DNA of 64,000 nucleotides from Candidatus Pacearchaeota archaeon. GTDB lineage: Archaea; Nanobdellota; Nanobdellia; Pacearchaeales; GW2011-AR1. The stretch is from contig JAFCEJ010000003.1 of NCBI GenBank assembly GCA_017609175.1, forward strand, positions 77,817 through 141,816, given 5' to 3'. A program made the translations under genes and the position numbers. The notes under the pieces are model-generated. The model did not search any database. It saw nothing but the letters and a program-made list of their open reading frames with translations, and was not told where the DNA came from. Every line of letters begins with the position of its first letter. Position 1 is the stretch's first letter. This document shows, piece after piece, positions 9,063-17,932 of this stretch.

Positions 9063-9200
9063 TTATTTAGCTTTTATTTTTCGAGAATGAGTCCTTGGTT
9101 TGTAAAAAATTTTGCTTCCGCAATTAGGACACACGAATCTCTTTTCAAGAGTTTGATGAGTGATTTTTTTTCCGCATTTAAAGCATTTATATTGTGCCAT
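9063..9200 (-). CDS. rpoP: RNA polymerase subunit P (Rpo12); not in ORF track
   Basis: Manual translation MAQYKCFKCGKKITHQTLEKRFVCPNCGSKIFYKPRTHSRKIKAK: C4 zinc ribbon in the conserved position after rpl37ae. Confidence 0.92.
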   Translation of the reverse strand: MAQYKCFKCGKKITHQTLEKRFVCPNCGSKIFYKPRTHSRKIKAK

Positions 9201-9237
9201 ATTAACCTGATTTATTTTTTATTTATTAAATTTTGGG

Positions 9238-9456
9238 TTATTCCAAATAATAAGTTCCTCCTGCGAATTTTTTATTGCATTTTGAACATTGCCAAATTCC
9301 TTTTGATAACCTTTTCACCCCGAGTTTTTCGCAAAAAGGACATTTTTGTCTTTTTCTCTGTTTTATTTCAACATTGACAAGTCTATCCCTGATTTTCTTT
9401 CCATATCTTGGACCAAACCGTCCTGCTGATTTTGTTTTTTTTGATTTTCGTGTCAT
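9238..9456 (-). CDS. rpl37ae: 50S ribosomal protein L37Ae (eL43)
   Basis: AGRFGPRYG, CPFC...GIWQCSKC. Confidence 0.97.
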   Translation of the reverse strand: MTRKSKKTKSAGRFGPRYGKKIRDRLVNVEIKQRKRQKCPFCEKLGVKRLSKGIWQCSKCNKKFAGGTYYLE

Positions 9457-9511
9457 TTTAGTATATATAAATCAAAAAGAAGGTTTTAAAATGTTATGCT
9501 TAGAATCAGAA

Positions 9512-9922
9512 CTATCTGAGAGATTCAATATCTCTTTGGAGCTTGTTTGCTAAATTTTTTGCTTGTTGAGATTCCTTTTGCATTTTTTGTGCTTTATTTG
9601 AAAAATATTCTGCAATAATTTCCCTATGGTTCCATATAAATTCTTCATATTTTGAAGCCAAATTACAAGGACAACCATAAACTACTTGTTTCCCATCAAG
9701 ACAACCCCAACCAATAGCAGTTGAATCATAATCTGCAAGATATTTTTTAGGATTTTCTTTTTGTTTTTTTAAAAATTCATCAAGTTCTCCTTCTTCAACG
9801 TCTAAATCAGTATTAGGAGCAAAGTGCATTCTTCCGCATAACTCGCATTAAATAACAGGAGAACCAGCATGGCATATTGCATCCATAAATTCTCTGCTCG
9901 GTGGATTTGGTTTATCTGACAT
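9512..9922 (-). pseudogene. Orphan CxxC-containing gene interrupted by an in-frame TAA
   Basis: ATG at 9922 reads MSDKPNPPSREFMDAICHAGSPVI*CELCGRMHF..., in frame with ORF 9512-9829; stop at 9848-9850. Confidence 0.6.
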
Positions 9923-9995
9923 AAAAAATTAAGAGAAAAACTGTTTAAATTATTTTATGTTTTAAAAAAGATATAATAAAAAAGATTTTATAAAA

Positions 9996-10068
9996 TGGGG
10001 TTACCCGGATTTGAACCGGGGTCGTCAGGTCCCAAACCTGAAAGGCTACCAGGCTACCCCATAACCCC
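9996..10068 (-). tRNA. tRNA-Pro(TGG)
   Basis: Cloverleaf with acceptor GGGGTTA/TAACCCC, anticodon arm TCAGG-TTTGGGA-CCTGA and T-loop TTCAAAT; no intron, CCA not encoded. Confidence 0.95.
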
Positions 10069-10126
10069 GCTAAGATTATTTTAAATTAAGACAATTATTT
10101 GAGTTATAAAGCATTTATAAAATATT

Positions 10127-10783
10127 TTATTTATTAGCGGGCCCTGGTTTATTTTCAGATTCTTTTCCAGCTGCCGCAGATTTTTCTTTTTTAGCAGCTT
10201 CTGCTTCTTTAACAGACTCTTCCTGTTTCTTAATCTTCTCTTGCTCTGATCGTATCTTTGAGAAATATTTGTCTAATTCTGCTTTCTTTTCTGCAGGAGT
10301 TTCTGTCCTTTCCTCTTGTATCTCTTTATCATATTTTCCCTGTTCAATTTCCTGTTCAATCTCTGTTGCAGGTTTATTTTCAATTAAAATTCCCAAACTA
10401 ACGCAAGTTCCGACGACTGATTTAACCGCAGCTTTTAAATCATTGCAAAGCATATTTGGGAATTTTGTTTTTGCCACAGAAATTATCTGCTCTATTGAAG
10501 CGTTTGCTACTTTTATTTTCTCTTGCTCTCCAGAACCTTTTTCAATTCCTAATTCTTTTTTTAATAATTCTGAGACCGGTGGAGAGAAAACTTTGATTTC
10601 GAATTGTTTTGTTGCTGTATCAACATCCAATTCAACAGGGACCTTTAATCCCTTGAAATCTTTTGTCGCTTCATTGACTTTTGAGATTACTTGCCCCATA
10701 TTAATTCCTGCTGGGCCGAGCTTCTGGCTAAGAGCAGGACCTGGACTCATATTCCCTCCTTCTGCTAAAATTTTAATCTTCAT
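10127..10783 (-). CDS. rpl11: 50S ribosomal protein L11 (uL11) with charged C-terminal extension
   Basis: EGGNMSPGPALSQKLGP, GLKVPV, VVGTCVSLG. Confidence 0.96.
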   Translation of the reverse strand: MKIKILAEGGNMSPGPALSQKLGPAGINMGQVISKVNEATKDFKGLKVPVELDVDTATKQFEIKVFSPPVSELLKKELGIEKGSGEQEKIKVANASIEQIISVAKTKFPNMLCNDLKAAVKSVVGTCVSLGILIENKPATEIEQEIEQGKYDKEIQEERTETPAEKKAELDKYFSKIRSEQEKIKKQEESVKEAEAAKKEKSAAAGKESENKPGPANK

Positions 10784-10843
10784 TCTTAAAACACCTTCTC
10801 TAATTTCTTGAAATTTAATTTTTTGCTAAATTTGTACTTATGG

Positions 10844-11293
10844 CTAATCATTTTCTTCTTCTCGCCTTATTACACGAATATTATCTAATTTAATTGTGAC
10901 AGGCAATGGAACAACCGCCCCCAATAAACTAACAACTACTTCTTCTTTCTGTTTGTCTATTCTTAAAACTTTTGCTTTTTCTTTTTTGAAAGGCTCTGAA
11001 ATTATTTCAACAATATCCCCTTCTTTAATTGAAATTGATTCTACTGACGGCTCGAGCATATTTTTAACTTCATCGTAGCTTATAGTTTTGCCAATTATCC
11101 CTTTTACATATGGAAGATTAAATGCTGCTTCTTCTGCAGATTCTCTATCTTCTGCTTCTAAAAGAATATAACCTCGTAAACCGTGTGGTCGTGAAACAGA
11201 ATATACATTAAGATTTTTCTTTTGTGCCCTATCCGCTATCATATCGACAGCTTTTTCTTCCTTATTTGTTGTAACCTTAATAATAAAAATCAT
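10844..11293 (-). CDS. spt5: Transcription elongation factor Spt5 (NusG)
   Basis: NGN domain (LRGYILLEA) plus KOW (GDIVEIISEPFK). Confidence 0.96.
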   Translation of the reverse strand: MIFIIKVTTNKEEKAVDMIADRAQKKNLNVYSVSRPHGLRGYILLEAEDRESAEEAAFNLPYVKGIIGKTISYDEVKNMLEPSVESISIKEGDIVEIISEPFKKEKAKVLRIDKQKEEVVVSLLGAVVPLPVTIKLDNIRVIRREEEND

Positions 11294-11411
11294 CTTATTT
11301 AGCTCCGTCTATGCCTTAATTATCTAAGGAATAGATATAATTACGTAATAATTAGGGTTTTTAAAGATTTCTTATAGAATTCAATTCTTAAAATTTTATT
11401 GAATAAGATTT

Positions 11412-11597
11412 TTACTTAACAAGGAACTTCATTAAGATAGAAATTAAAAAACCAAGTAAACCGATTATTGCAATTCCAATTGCAGAAACTTTTGCGATTG
11501 TTTCAAATTCTTTTCGTGATGGCTTTTTTAAAATGTGCCAAACCCTTTTACATTTAATAAAAAAGGATTTTGTAAAGATTAATATTTTCTTTACCAT
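11412..11597 (-). CDS. secE: Protein translocase subunit SecE (Sec61 gamma)
   Basis: RVWHILKKPSRKEF followed by a TM helix; ftsZ-secE-spt5 synteny. Confidence 0.93.
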   Translation of the reverse strand: MVKKILIFTKSFFIKCKRVWHILKKPSRKEFETIAKVSAIGIAIIGLLGFLISILMKFLVK

Positions 11598-11953
11598 ACC
11601 TTAAAAAAAGTATTTGGGTTTTTAAGTTTTGGGTTTAGTGATTCTTCCTCAAGGAATTTTTTTCGTTTTTCGTATCCTTGTTTATCAACATCTCCAAAAT
11701 AATGAAAAATCGAATAATCACCGGTTAATGCAAAGAAATTATCAGAAATGTATTTTAGTTTTCCGTTTGTTTTTACGGATTTTATTGGGGGGTATGACCT
11801 ATTTTTGACTAAAAACTCGTATTCCTGTGAAGAATCTAAAAAAACTTTTACAGGCAACAATTCAGATGAGGAAGGTAATTTAAGAATTATATCTTGTCCT
11901 GTTAATTTTTCTAAATCTTTTGGACCTAATTTAGAAATATAGGGAATTTTCAT
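11591..11953 (-). CDS. Orphan hypothetical protein inserted between ftsZ and secE
   Basis: 120-aa ORF starting 1 nt after the ftsZ stop. Confidence 0.6.
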   Translation of the reverse strand: MKIPYISKLGPKDLEKLTGQDIILKLPSSSELLPVKVFLDSSQEYEFLVKNRSYPPIKSVKTNGKLKYISDNFFALTGDYSIFHYFGDVDKQGYEKRKKFLEEESLNPKLKNPNTFFKVW

Positions 11954-11954
11954 T

Positions 11955-13067
11955 TTACTCGAAAAATTCTATTCCTAATTCTTCTTCGATTTCTTTTCGC
12001 TTTTTTTCCTCGAGGGTATCGCCTTGCCCAGTAATTTGTGAACTTCTTACACCTGTTACAATTAATAAAACTCTTATTGATTTATCCATATCCGGAGAAA
12101 GTTGGGCACCCCAAATCACTTTTGCATCAGGACTTAATTTATTTCCAATCGTTTCTATTATTGATTTACATTCATCTAAACTCATATCAGGCCCTCCAAT
12201 AATATTCACTAATGCTCCAGTTGCATTTGAGATATCTACATCTAATAAGGGATTCTGGATTGCTTTTTCTACTGCCTCTATTGAACGATTTTGTGTGTCT
12301 GCTTCGCCCATACCAATTAAAGAAACGCCTCCTCCAACCATCACTGCCTTTATATCTGCGAAATCTAAATTTACTAAACCGGATTTAGTTACAAGTTCTG
12401 TTGTTCCCTTAACAGCATTTGTTAAAATTTCATCTGCAATTTTAAATGCTGTCTGTAATGGCAATTCTGGTGCAAGTTCCAATAATTTATCATTTGGTAT
12501 TACAATTAAAGTATCAACAGCTGCTTCTAATTTCTCTAATCCAAGCATTGCATTTTCTATTCTTTTCCTACCTTCTATAGTAAAAGGCAATGTTACAACA
12601 CCAATTGTTAATGCACCTTGTTTTTTTGCTAATTGTGCAATTACTGGCGCGGCACCTGTTCCAGTTCCACCACCCATCCCACATGTAATAAAAACCATAT
12701 CACTCCCAGAAATTTTCTTTTTTATTTCTGATTCGGATTCTCTTGCAGCTTCTTCTCCAATTTTTGGATTGCTTCCTGCCCCTAATCCCTGTGTTAATTC
12801 TCTCCCAATCAAAATTTTCTGGTCTGCATTAGCATATAAAAGGTCCTGAGCATCAGTATTTACTGCTATTAATTCTCCTCCTTTAATCCCGATTTCGCGC
12901 ATTCGGCTTAAAGAATTATTACCACCACCACCCACCCCAATAACCTTAATTTTTGCACTCTGTTTTTTTAAAAGTTCTTCAAGTTCCCTATCTATATTAT
13001 TTACTTCTGCAGATAAGGAACCTGTCTGAGAATCATAAGAGCCGCTGTTTCCATACACCTCGTCCAT
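11955..13067 (-). CDS. ftsZ: Cell division protein FtsZ
   Basis: GVGGGGNN, GMGGGTGTG tubulin signature, NLDFAD. Confidence 0.99.
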   Translation of the reverse strand: MDEVYGNSGSYDSQTGSLSAEVNNIDRELEELLKKQSAKIKVIGVGGGGNNSLSRMREIGIKGGELIAVNTDAQDLLYANADQKILIGRELTQGLGAGSNPKIGEEAARESESEIKKKISGSDMVFITCGMGGGTGTGAAPVIAQLAKKQGALTIGVVTLPFTIEGRKRIENAMLGLEKLEAAVDTLIVIPNDKLLELAPELPLQTAFKIADEILTNAVKGTTELVTKSGLVNLDFADIKAVMVGGGVSLIGMGEADTQNRSIEAVEKAIQNPLLDVDISNATGALVNIIGGPDMSLDECKSIIETIGNKLSPDAKVIWGAQLSPDMDKSIRVLLIVTGVRSSQITGQGDTLEEKKRKEIEEELGIEFFE

Positions 13068-13106
13068 ATTTGAGAAAGAGTTCGATTGTTTATAAAAATT
13101 ATTGTG

Positions 13107-13787
13107 TTATTTTGAGTGTTTTTGAGTTGATATCTTTGTATTTTCTTTATTAGTTGTTTTTTCTTCTTTAATATTTAATTCTAATCCTAAAATTTCCTTG
13201 AATTTATCTTTAAAAAGGTTCAGAAACTCTCCAAATTTTTTGTCTGTATAAATTATTAGTTTTTTATCTTTAATTTCAAATTTGAATTCTTTTTTTGTAA
13301 AGAATTCTATCAGTGCTTTTGCTTTTTCATTTTTGTCAGTTATTTTTCTGTTGATTCTTAATTTATAGATAACTGTTTTTCCTGCCAGAGGATTATTAAA
13401 ATCAGTTATTACTCTCCCGCCTGAAACTGAAATTACTTTTCCAATTTGCCCATCAAAATTAAATACCATTCCGGGTTGAGGCATTGTTTGTTGTTGTTTA
13501 AAAAGTCTCAGCGGGATTATTTTTATTAAAGAAGGATTTCTTTTCCCAAAAGCTTTTTCAGGTTCTAGTTCAAGCTCATATTGTTTTCCAATTTCTTTTC
13601 CAATTAAAAAATCATCAATCGCTTCAAGAAACATCTTTTCTCCTACACAAAAAACAAAAGGTTTAGGTTCTAAATTTAAATTTGCTTTTTGTAAATCTTG
13701 TTTAATATTTGAATCAAAAATATCTCCTCCCTTTACTCTCCCGGTAAATTCTAATTCAATAAAATCCTTTTTGCTAATTTTTTCCAT
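13107..13787 (-). CDS. slyD: FKBP-type peptidyl-prolyl isomerase (SlyD-like, long archaeal form)
   Basis: IFDSN, PEKAFGKR, DFNNPLAGK. Confidence 0.92.
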   Translation of the reverse strand: MEKISKKDFIELEFTGRVKGGDIFDSNIKQDLQKANLNLEPKPFVFCVGEKMFLEAIDDFLIGKEIGKQYELELEPEKAFGKRNPSLIKIIPLRLFKQQQTMPQPGMVFNFDGQIGKVISVSGGRVITDFNNPLAGKTVIYKLRINRKITDKNEKAKALIEFFTKKEFKFEIKDKKLIIYTDKKFGEFLNLFKDKFKEILGLELNIKEEKTTNKENTKISTQKHSK

Positions 13788-13837
13788 AAGTTAGTTGGAT
13801 TAAAAATATTTATAAATCTATTTCTTTTGATTTAACT

Positions 13838-14227
13838 ATGGTTTTTAAATTGATTAATGCTACTGAAGCAAAGGTAGGAACAAATATAGTTGTAAACGGA
13901 GTGGCTTGCGTGGTAAAGAAAATGGATGTCAGCAAAACAGGAAAACACGGTCATGCCAAAGTCCGAATTGAAGCTGTTGGAATTCTTGATGGGCAAAAGA
14001 AGATATTTGTAGTTCCTGGTCATGAAAGATTGGAGGTCCCATTAGTTGAAAAAAAGAAAGCGCAAGTTCTTTCACTCGGTGAGAATAATGCAAGCATAAT
14101 GGATTTAGAAAGTTTTGAAACAATTGAGGTCAATATTCCTGAAGACCTAAAAGGAGAAATTGAAGAAAATTCAAATGTAGAATATTGGGATGTTGAAGGA
14201 ACAAGAGTAATTAAGAGGAAATTATAA
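13838..14227 (+). CDS. eif5a: Translation factor aIF5A
   Basis: Hypusine-site motif SKTGKHGHAK. Confidence 0.97.
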   Translation: MVFKLINATEAKVGTNIVVNGVACVVKKMDVSKTGKHGHAKVRIEAVGILDGQKKIFVVPGHERLEVPLVEKKKAQVLSLGENNASIMDLESFETIEVNIPEDLKGEIEENSNVEYWDVEGTRVIKRKL

Positions 14228-14271
14228 ATGGCATTTACTAAAAATAAATTTGAAAAAGGAAGGATTTGAAT

Positions 14272-14433
14272 ATGGCAAAGATAAAAGAAGCTCAAAACAG
14301 GTTGTTCAAGAATGTTTTTGTTTGCAAAAAATGCAAGAGCAAAATTAGAGCAGACCCTAGAAAAATTATTGAAGGAAAAGTCAAATGCAGAAAATGCAAA
14401 TCAAAGGCATTCAGGCCCTTAAGGAAAAAATAA
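14272..14433 (+). CDS. rpl40e: 50S ribosomal protein L40e; not in ORF track
   Basis: Manual translation MAKIKEAQNRLFKNVFVCKKCKSKIRADPRKIIEGKVKCRKCKSKAFRPLRKK. Confidence 0.88.
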   Translation: MAKIKEAQNRLFKNVFVCKKCKSKIRADPRKIIEGKVKCRKCKSKAFRPLRKK

Positions 14434-14445
14434 TGAGGTGATATT

Positions 14446-15864
14446 ATGAATATTTTTACAATTTTTGATATAGGGTTTTTAATCTTGTTTGGCCTATTTT
14501 TAACTATATTTCTTTATTCTCGACGAAAAAAATTGAAGAGAGAAGGATTATTATATCTATATCGAACAAAATGGGGAATAAAATTAATTAACTATGTTGG
14601 TGAAAAATATAAAAGAACCTTGCATGTTTTGAGTTATATTTCTGTTGGGTTAGGTTATATTCTAATGGCAGTTATGTTATATCTTTTAGGAAAGATTGTT
14701 TATCTTTATATCGCATTTCCGCAGATTGTGAGAACCATTAAAGTTCCGCCGATAATGCCATTAATACCTTATCTTCCTCAAATGTTTAAACTTGATTTTC
14801 TACCACCATTTTATTTTACATATTGGATAATCATTATTGCGATAATTGCAATCACTCATGAATTTGCTCATGGTATTTTTTCTAGATATGCTGGTGTTAA
14901 AGTAAAAGCAACTGGCTTTGGATTTTTAGGTCCGTTTTTAGCGGCATTTGTAGAACCAGATGAAGAACAAATGGAAAAAAAGAGTAAGTTTTCGCAATTA
15001 GCAATTCTTTCTGCAGGAACATTTGCGAATATTTTAACAGCAATTTTCTTTTTGGCAGTTTTATTTATTTTCTTTTCTGTTGCTTTCAGCCCCTCAGGAG
15101 TTATTTTTGATACTTATTCATATTCTGCTGTAGATATTGCAAGCATATCTGCAGTAAATGGGGTTGTTGTTGAAAATCCAACTTATGAAAAAATTTTGAA
15201 TTTGGTTGATGGGAAAAAATTTGATGAAATTGAAACAACCAATGGAAAATATTTTGCAACAAGAGAGGTTTTAGAGCAACAAGAAGATAATGAAAATTTT
15301 TTGATTTTATATGACGATGCTCCTGCAATAAATGCAGAATTAGTCGGAGCAATAACAGAATTAAATGGTGTTAAAATAAAAAATATTGAAAATTTAAAAA
15401 ATGAACTTGAAAAATACTCTCCAGGAGAGAAAGTAATTGTCAAAACAAAAACGAGTAATGGAACTTCTGAATATGAAATCGTTCTTGGAGAACATCCGGA
15501 TAAAGAAAATGTCGCTTGGCTTGGAATTGGATTTTTTGCCCAAGAAAGCAGAGGAGTATTTGGAAAAATATATGATATTTTATCGTCTTTTAAAGAAGAC
15601 CACGTTTACTATGAACCAAAACATGAAACAATGATTTTTATTTATAATTTATTTTGGTGGATTATTCTTATAAGCATAAGTGTTGCGCTTGTCAATATGC
15701 TTCCTGTTGGAATTTTTGATGGTGGAAGAGTCTTTTATCTTACTGTTTTAGCAATTGTTAAAGACGACAAAATAAGAGCAAAAAAAATTGTTTCATTGGT
15801 AAGTAATTTATTTTTATTCATTTTATTAATATTAATGTTCTTTTGGTTCTTTGCGTTTAGATAA
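14446..15864 (+). CDS. Site-2 protease (M50) with PDZ-like domain
   Basis: HEFAH zinc motif, AFVEPDE, SAGTFAN, NMLPVGIFDGG. Confidence 0.93.
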   Translation: MNIFTIFDIGFLILFGLFLTIFLYSRRKKLKREGLLYLYRTKWGIKLINYVGEKYKRTLHVLSYISVGLGYILMAVMLYLLGKIVYLYIAFPQIVRTIKVPPIMPLIPYLPQMFKLDFLPPFYFTYWIIIIAIIAITHEFAHGIFSRYAGVKVKATGFGFLGPFLAAFVEPDEEQMEKKSKFSQLAILSAGTFANILTAIFFLAVLFIFFSVAFSPSGVIFDTYSYSAVDIASISAVNGVVVENPTYEKILNLVDGKKFDEIETTNGKYFATREVLEQQEDNENFLILYDDAPAINAELVGAITELNGVKIKNIENLKNELEKYSPGEKVIVKTKTSNGTSEYEIVLGEHPDKENVAWLGIGFFAQESRGVFGKIYDILSSFKEDHVYYEPKHETMIFIYNLFWWIILISISVALVNMLPVGIFDGGRVFYLTVLAIVKDDKIRAKKIVSLVSNLFLFILLILMFFWFFAFR

Positions 15865-15956
15865 TTTACCGACGATAAAAATAAATTTTTTAGGGGGAGA
15901 GAAAAGTATTTAAACATAATTATCGTTAAAAGATTAATTAAAAAGAGGTGCTGAAA

Positions 15957-16076
15957 ATGGCTAAGAAAAAAGCTAAGAAAAAGACAAAAAAGAAAGCAGC
16001 AAAAAAGACCAAGAAAAAAACTGCTAAGAAAAAAACAAAGAAAAAGATTTTATTTTTTTATATTTTTGATTTATGA
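15957..16076 (+). CDS. Lys/Ala/Thr-rich histone H1-like microprotein; not in ORF track
   Basis: SD GAGGTG at 15945-15950 and upstream TTTAAA box; translation MAKKKAKKKTKKKAAKKTKKKTAKKKTKKKILFFYIFDL. Confidence 0.6.
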   Translation: MAKKKAKKKTKKKAAKKTKKKTAKKKTKKKILFFYIFDL

Positions 16077-16110
16077 AAAGTTTTAAATTCTAATTCTGTT
16101 TTTGGTTTAA

Positions 16111-17079
16111 ATGATTCCAAATAAAATTAAAGAGATTTTAAAGAAACAGCACTATATTGTCGTCGGTGAACATTCGGGCGTCCAGATTTGTAGATGGACA
16201 AAAAAATCCTTGCTTGATGAAGGTGTTTGTTATAAAGAAAAATTCTATGGAATAAAGAGTCATCAATGCTGTCAAATGACTCCTGCAGTAGTATGGTGTC
16301 CGAATAAATGTCTTCATTGCTGGCGGGCAATTGAACTAACATTAGGAGATAAACTAACCGGAAAAATAGACCCCCCAAAAAAGATTGTCGACGAATGCAT
16401 CAAAGCGCAAAGAAAATTGCTTACTGGTTTTAAAAGCAATAAAAAAATTAATATGAAGAAATTCAAAGAAGCGCAAGAGCCTATGCAGTTTGCGATTTCG
16501 CTTTCGGGGGAGCCGATGATTTACAATAAAATTGGAGAATTAATTAAAGAGTTGAAAAAAAGAAAAAAAACGAGTTTTGTTGTTACAAATGGATTATATC
16601 CTAAAAAGATTAAAGAATTAATTGATAAAAACCAATTACCGACACAATTGTATATTTCTGTTAATTCTCCAAATGAGGAGCTTTATAAAAAATTTCACAG
16701 AAGTTCGAAAAAAGATGCTTGGAAAAGGTTGAATAAAAGTTTAGAACTAATATCGACGATAAAGAAAAAAAGAACAGTTGTTAGGATAAATCTTGTAAAA
16801 GATTTAAACATGATTGAACCGGAAAATTATGCGAAGCTTATTAAAAAAGCAAAACCGATGTTTATTGAAATCAAAGGTTTTATGAGTGTGGGTTTCGCAA
16901 GACAAAGACTGGGCTATGAAAAAATGCCGTATCACGAAGATATCATTGGATTCTCAAAAAAGATTTTGAAGGAATTAAGAAGATTAAGATTAAATTACAA
17001 AATTCTTGATGAGCACGAATTTTCAAGAGTTGTTGTTTTGGGAAGAAATAAAAAAGAGTTGAAAATTAAAAAGATTTAG
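16111..17079 (+). CDS. taw1: 4-demethylwyosine synthase Taw1/TYW1 (radical SAM)
   Basis: CRWTKKSL, CYKEKFYGIKSHQC, CPNKCLHCWR, AISLSGEP. Confidence 0.95.
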   Translation: MIPNKIKEILKKQHYIVVGEHSGVQICRWTKKSLLDEGVCYKEKFYGIKSHQCCQMTPAVVWCPNKCLHCWRAIELTLGDKLTGKIDPPKKIVDECIKAQRKLLTGFKSNKKINMKKFKEAQEPMQFAISLSGEPMIYNKIGELIKELKKRKKTSFVVTNGLYPKKIKELIDKNQLPTQLYISVNSPNEELYKKFHRSSKKDAWKRLNKSLELISTIKKKRTVVRINLVKDLNMIEPENYAKLIKKAKPMFIEIKGFMSVGFARQRLGYEKMPYHEDIIGFSKKILKELRRLRLNYKILDEHEFSRVVVLGRNKKELKIKKI

Positions 17080-17110
17080 AATTTATTGAGATTTATCATT
17101 TTTCTTAATT

Positions 17111-17461
17111 TTATAAAAAAACAACGCCATCTTTTGTTAAAGCAGTAAAACGAACACCTACTGGCATGGATAATAATGAAGAAATTAATGCCATATGCTC
17201 CTTACCATCGCCAGAAGCAATGCTTAAAGCAACTTCAGTGCCATTAATCTTTCCTTTAAGTTTTTGCGAGAATTCATCCTTCAAATCTTTGAGTCTTTTA
17301 TTTAAATCGCATTGAATAAATTCAAATTCATTTGGATGTGAAAATTGTTTTGCAAAATCAGAACCGAGAAGAATGACTTTATCCCATTCACCATGATTCA
17401 ATAAACCAGCAACTTGCGCCCAAGTCCCTTTTCCTGACGATAATAATGCAATTAATTCCAT
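17111..17461 (-). CDS. Hypothetical protein, possible stand-alone CARF-like Rossmann domain
   Basis: beta1 LIALLSSGKGTW and late VALSIASGDGKEHMAL motif resembling the CARF (N/S)xxGGxK loop. Confidence 0.55.
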   Translation of the reverse strand: MELIALLSSGKGTWAQVAGLLNHGEWDKVILLGSDFAKQFSHPNEFEFIQCDLNKRLKDLKDEFSQKLKGKINGTEVALSIASGDGKEHMALISSLLSMPVGVRFTALTKDGVVFL

Positions 17462-17469
17462 TTTATTTA

Positions 17470-17787
17470 CTAAAAGGTATGCTCCCTTGTTCCAATAGTA
17501 TTAGCTAGAATTGAAATTGGATGGGCGTCAGTTGCAATCCACCCCTGTTGAAGAAGCCAATTCTCATAATCTTCTTTAAGTTTAAATGCCTGGGTTACCC
17601 CGATACTCTGAAAAAAATATTCTTCACCAACTAATAAATTCCCTTTTTTATCTAAATCACATCCATATTCTTCTATTTCTGCTTGACTCCCTGTTAAACA
17701 TTCTATCTCAAAGTCAGAAATTTTTAAAACAATCCCCTTTGCTTTTGGATTATTTTTTTCCTTAACTTGATAATATCTTGCTTCCAT
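17470..17787 (-). CDS. Orphan hypothetical protein
   Basis: 105-aa ORF with a TTAAATA box about 25-30 nt upstream. Confidence 0.55.
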   Translation of the reverse strand: MEARYYQVKEKNNPKAKGIVLKISDFEIECLTGSQAEIEEYGCDLDKKGNLLVGEEYFFQSIGVTQAFKLKEDYENWLLQQGWIATDAHPISILANTIGTREHTF

Positions 17788-17875
17788 ATATGGAAAAAAT
17801 TCCGAGAGTATTTAAGAATTATTGTAATAATTAGAAAACCAAACCTTTTTAAATTACATTTTTCTCCAAATTTTA

Positions 17876-17932
17876 CCTTTGACTACATCATCAAGAAATA
17901 TTTTCTAGGTTCTTGGTGCATAGGTAGTAGGG
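17876..17932 (+). promoter_or_regulatory. Structured 5' leader of rpl1-rpl10-rpl12 (candidate autoregulatory element)
   Basis: Pairings ACTAC/GTAGT, CATCAAGAA/TTCTTGGTG and CCT/AGG between the TTTTTAAA box (17846-17853) and the start codon. Confidence 0.5.

Noticed and set aside
9848..9850. Possible stop-codon recoding at the in-frame TAA
   Set aside because: TAA is the normal and most frequent terminator for conserved genes throughout the window; a nonsense mutation is simpler.
14228..14269. Tiny ORF MAFTKNKFEKGRI between aIF5A and rpl40e
   Set aside because: 13 codons with no motif; indistinguishable from chance in a spacer.
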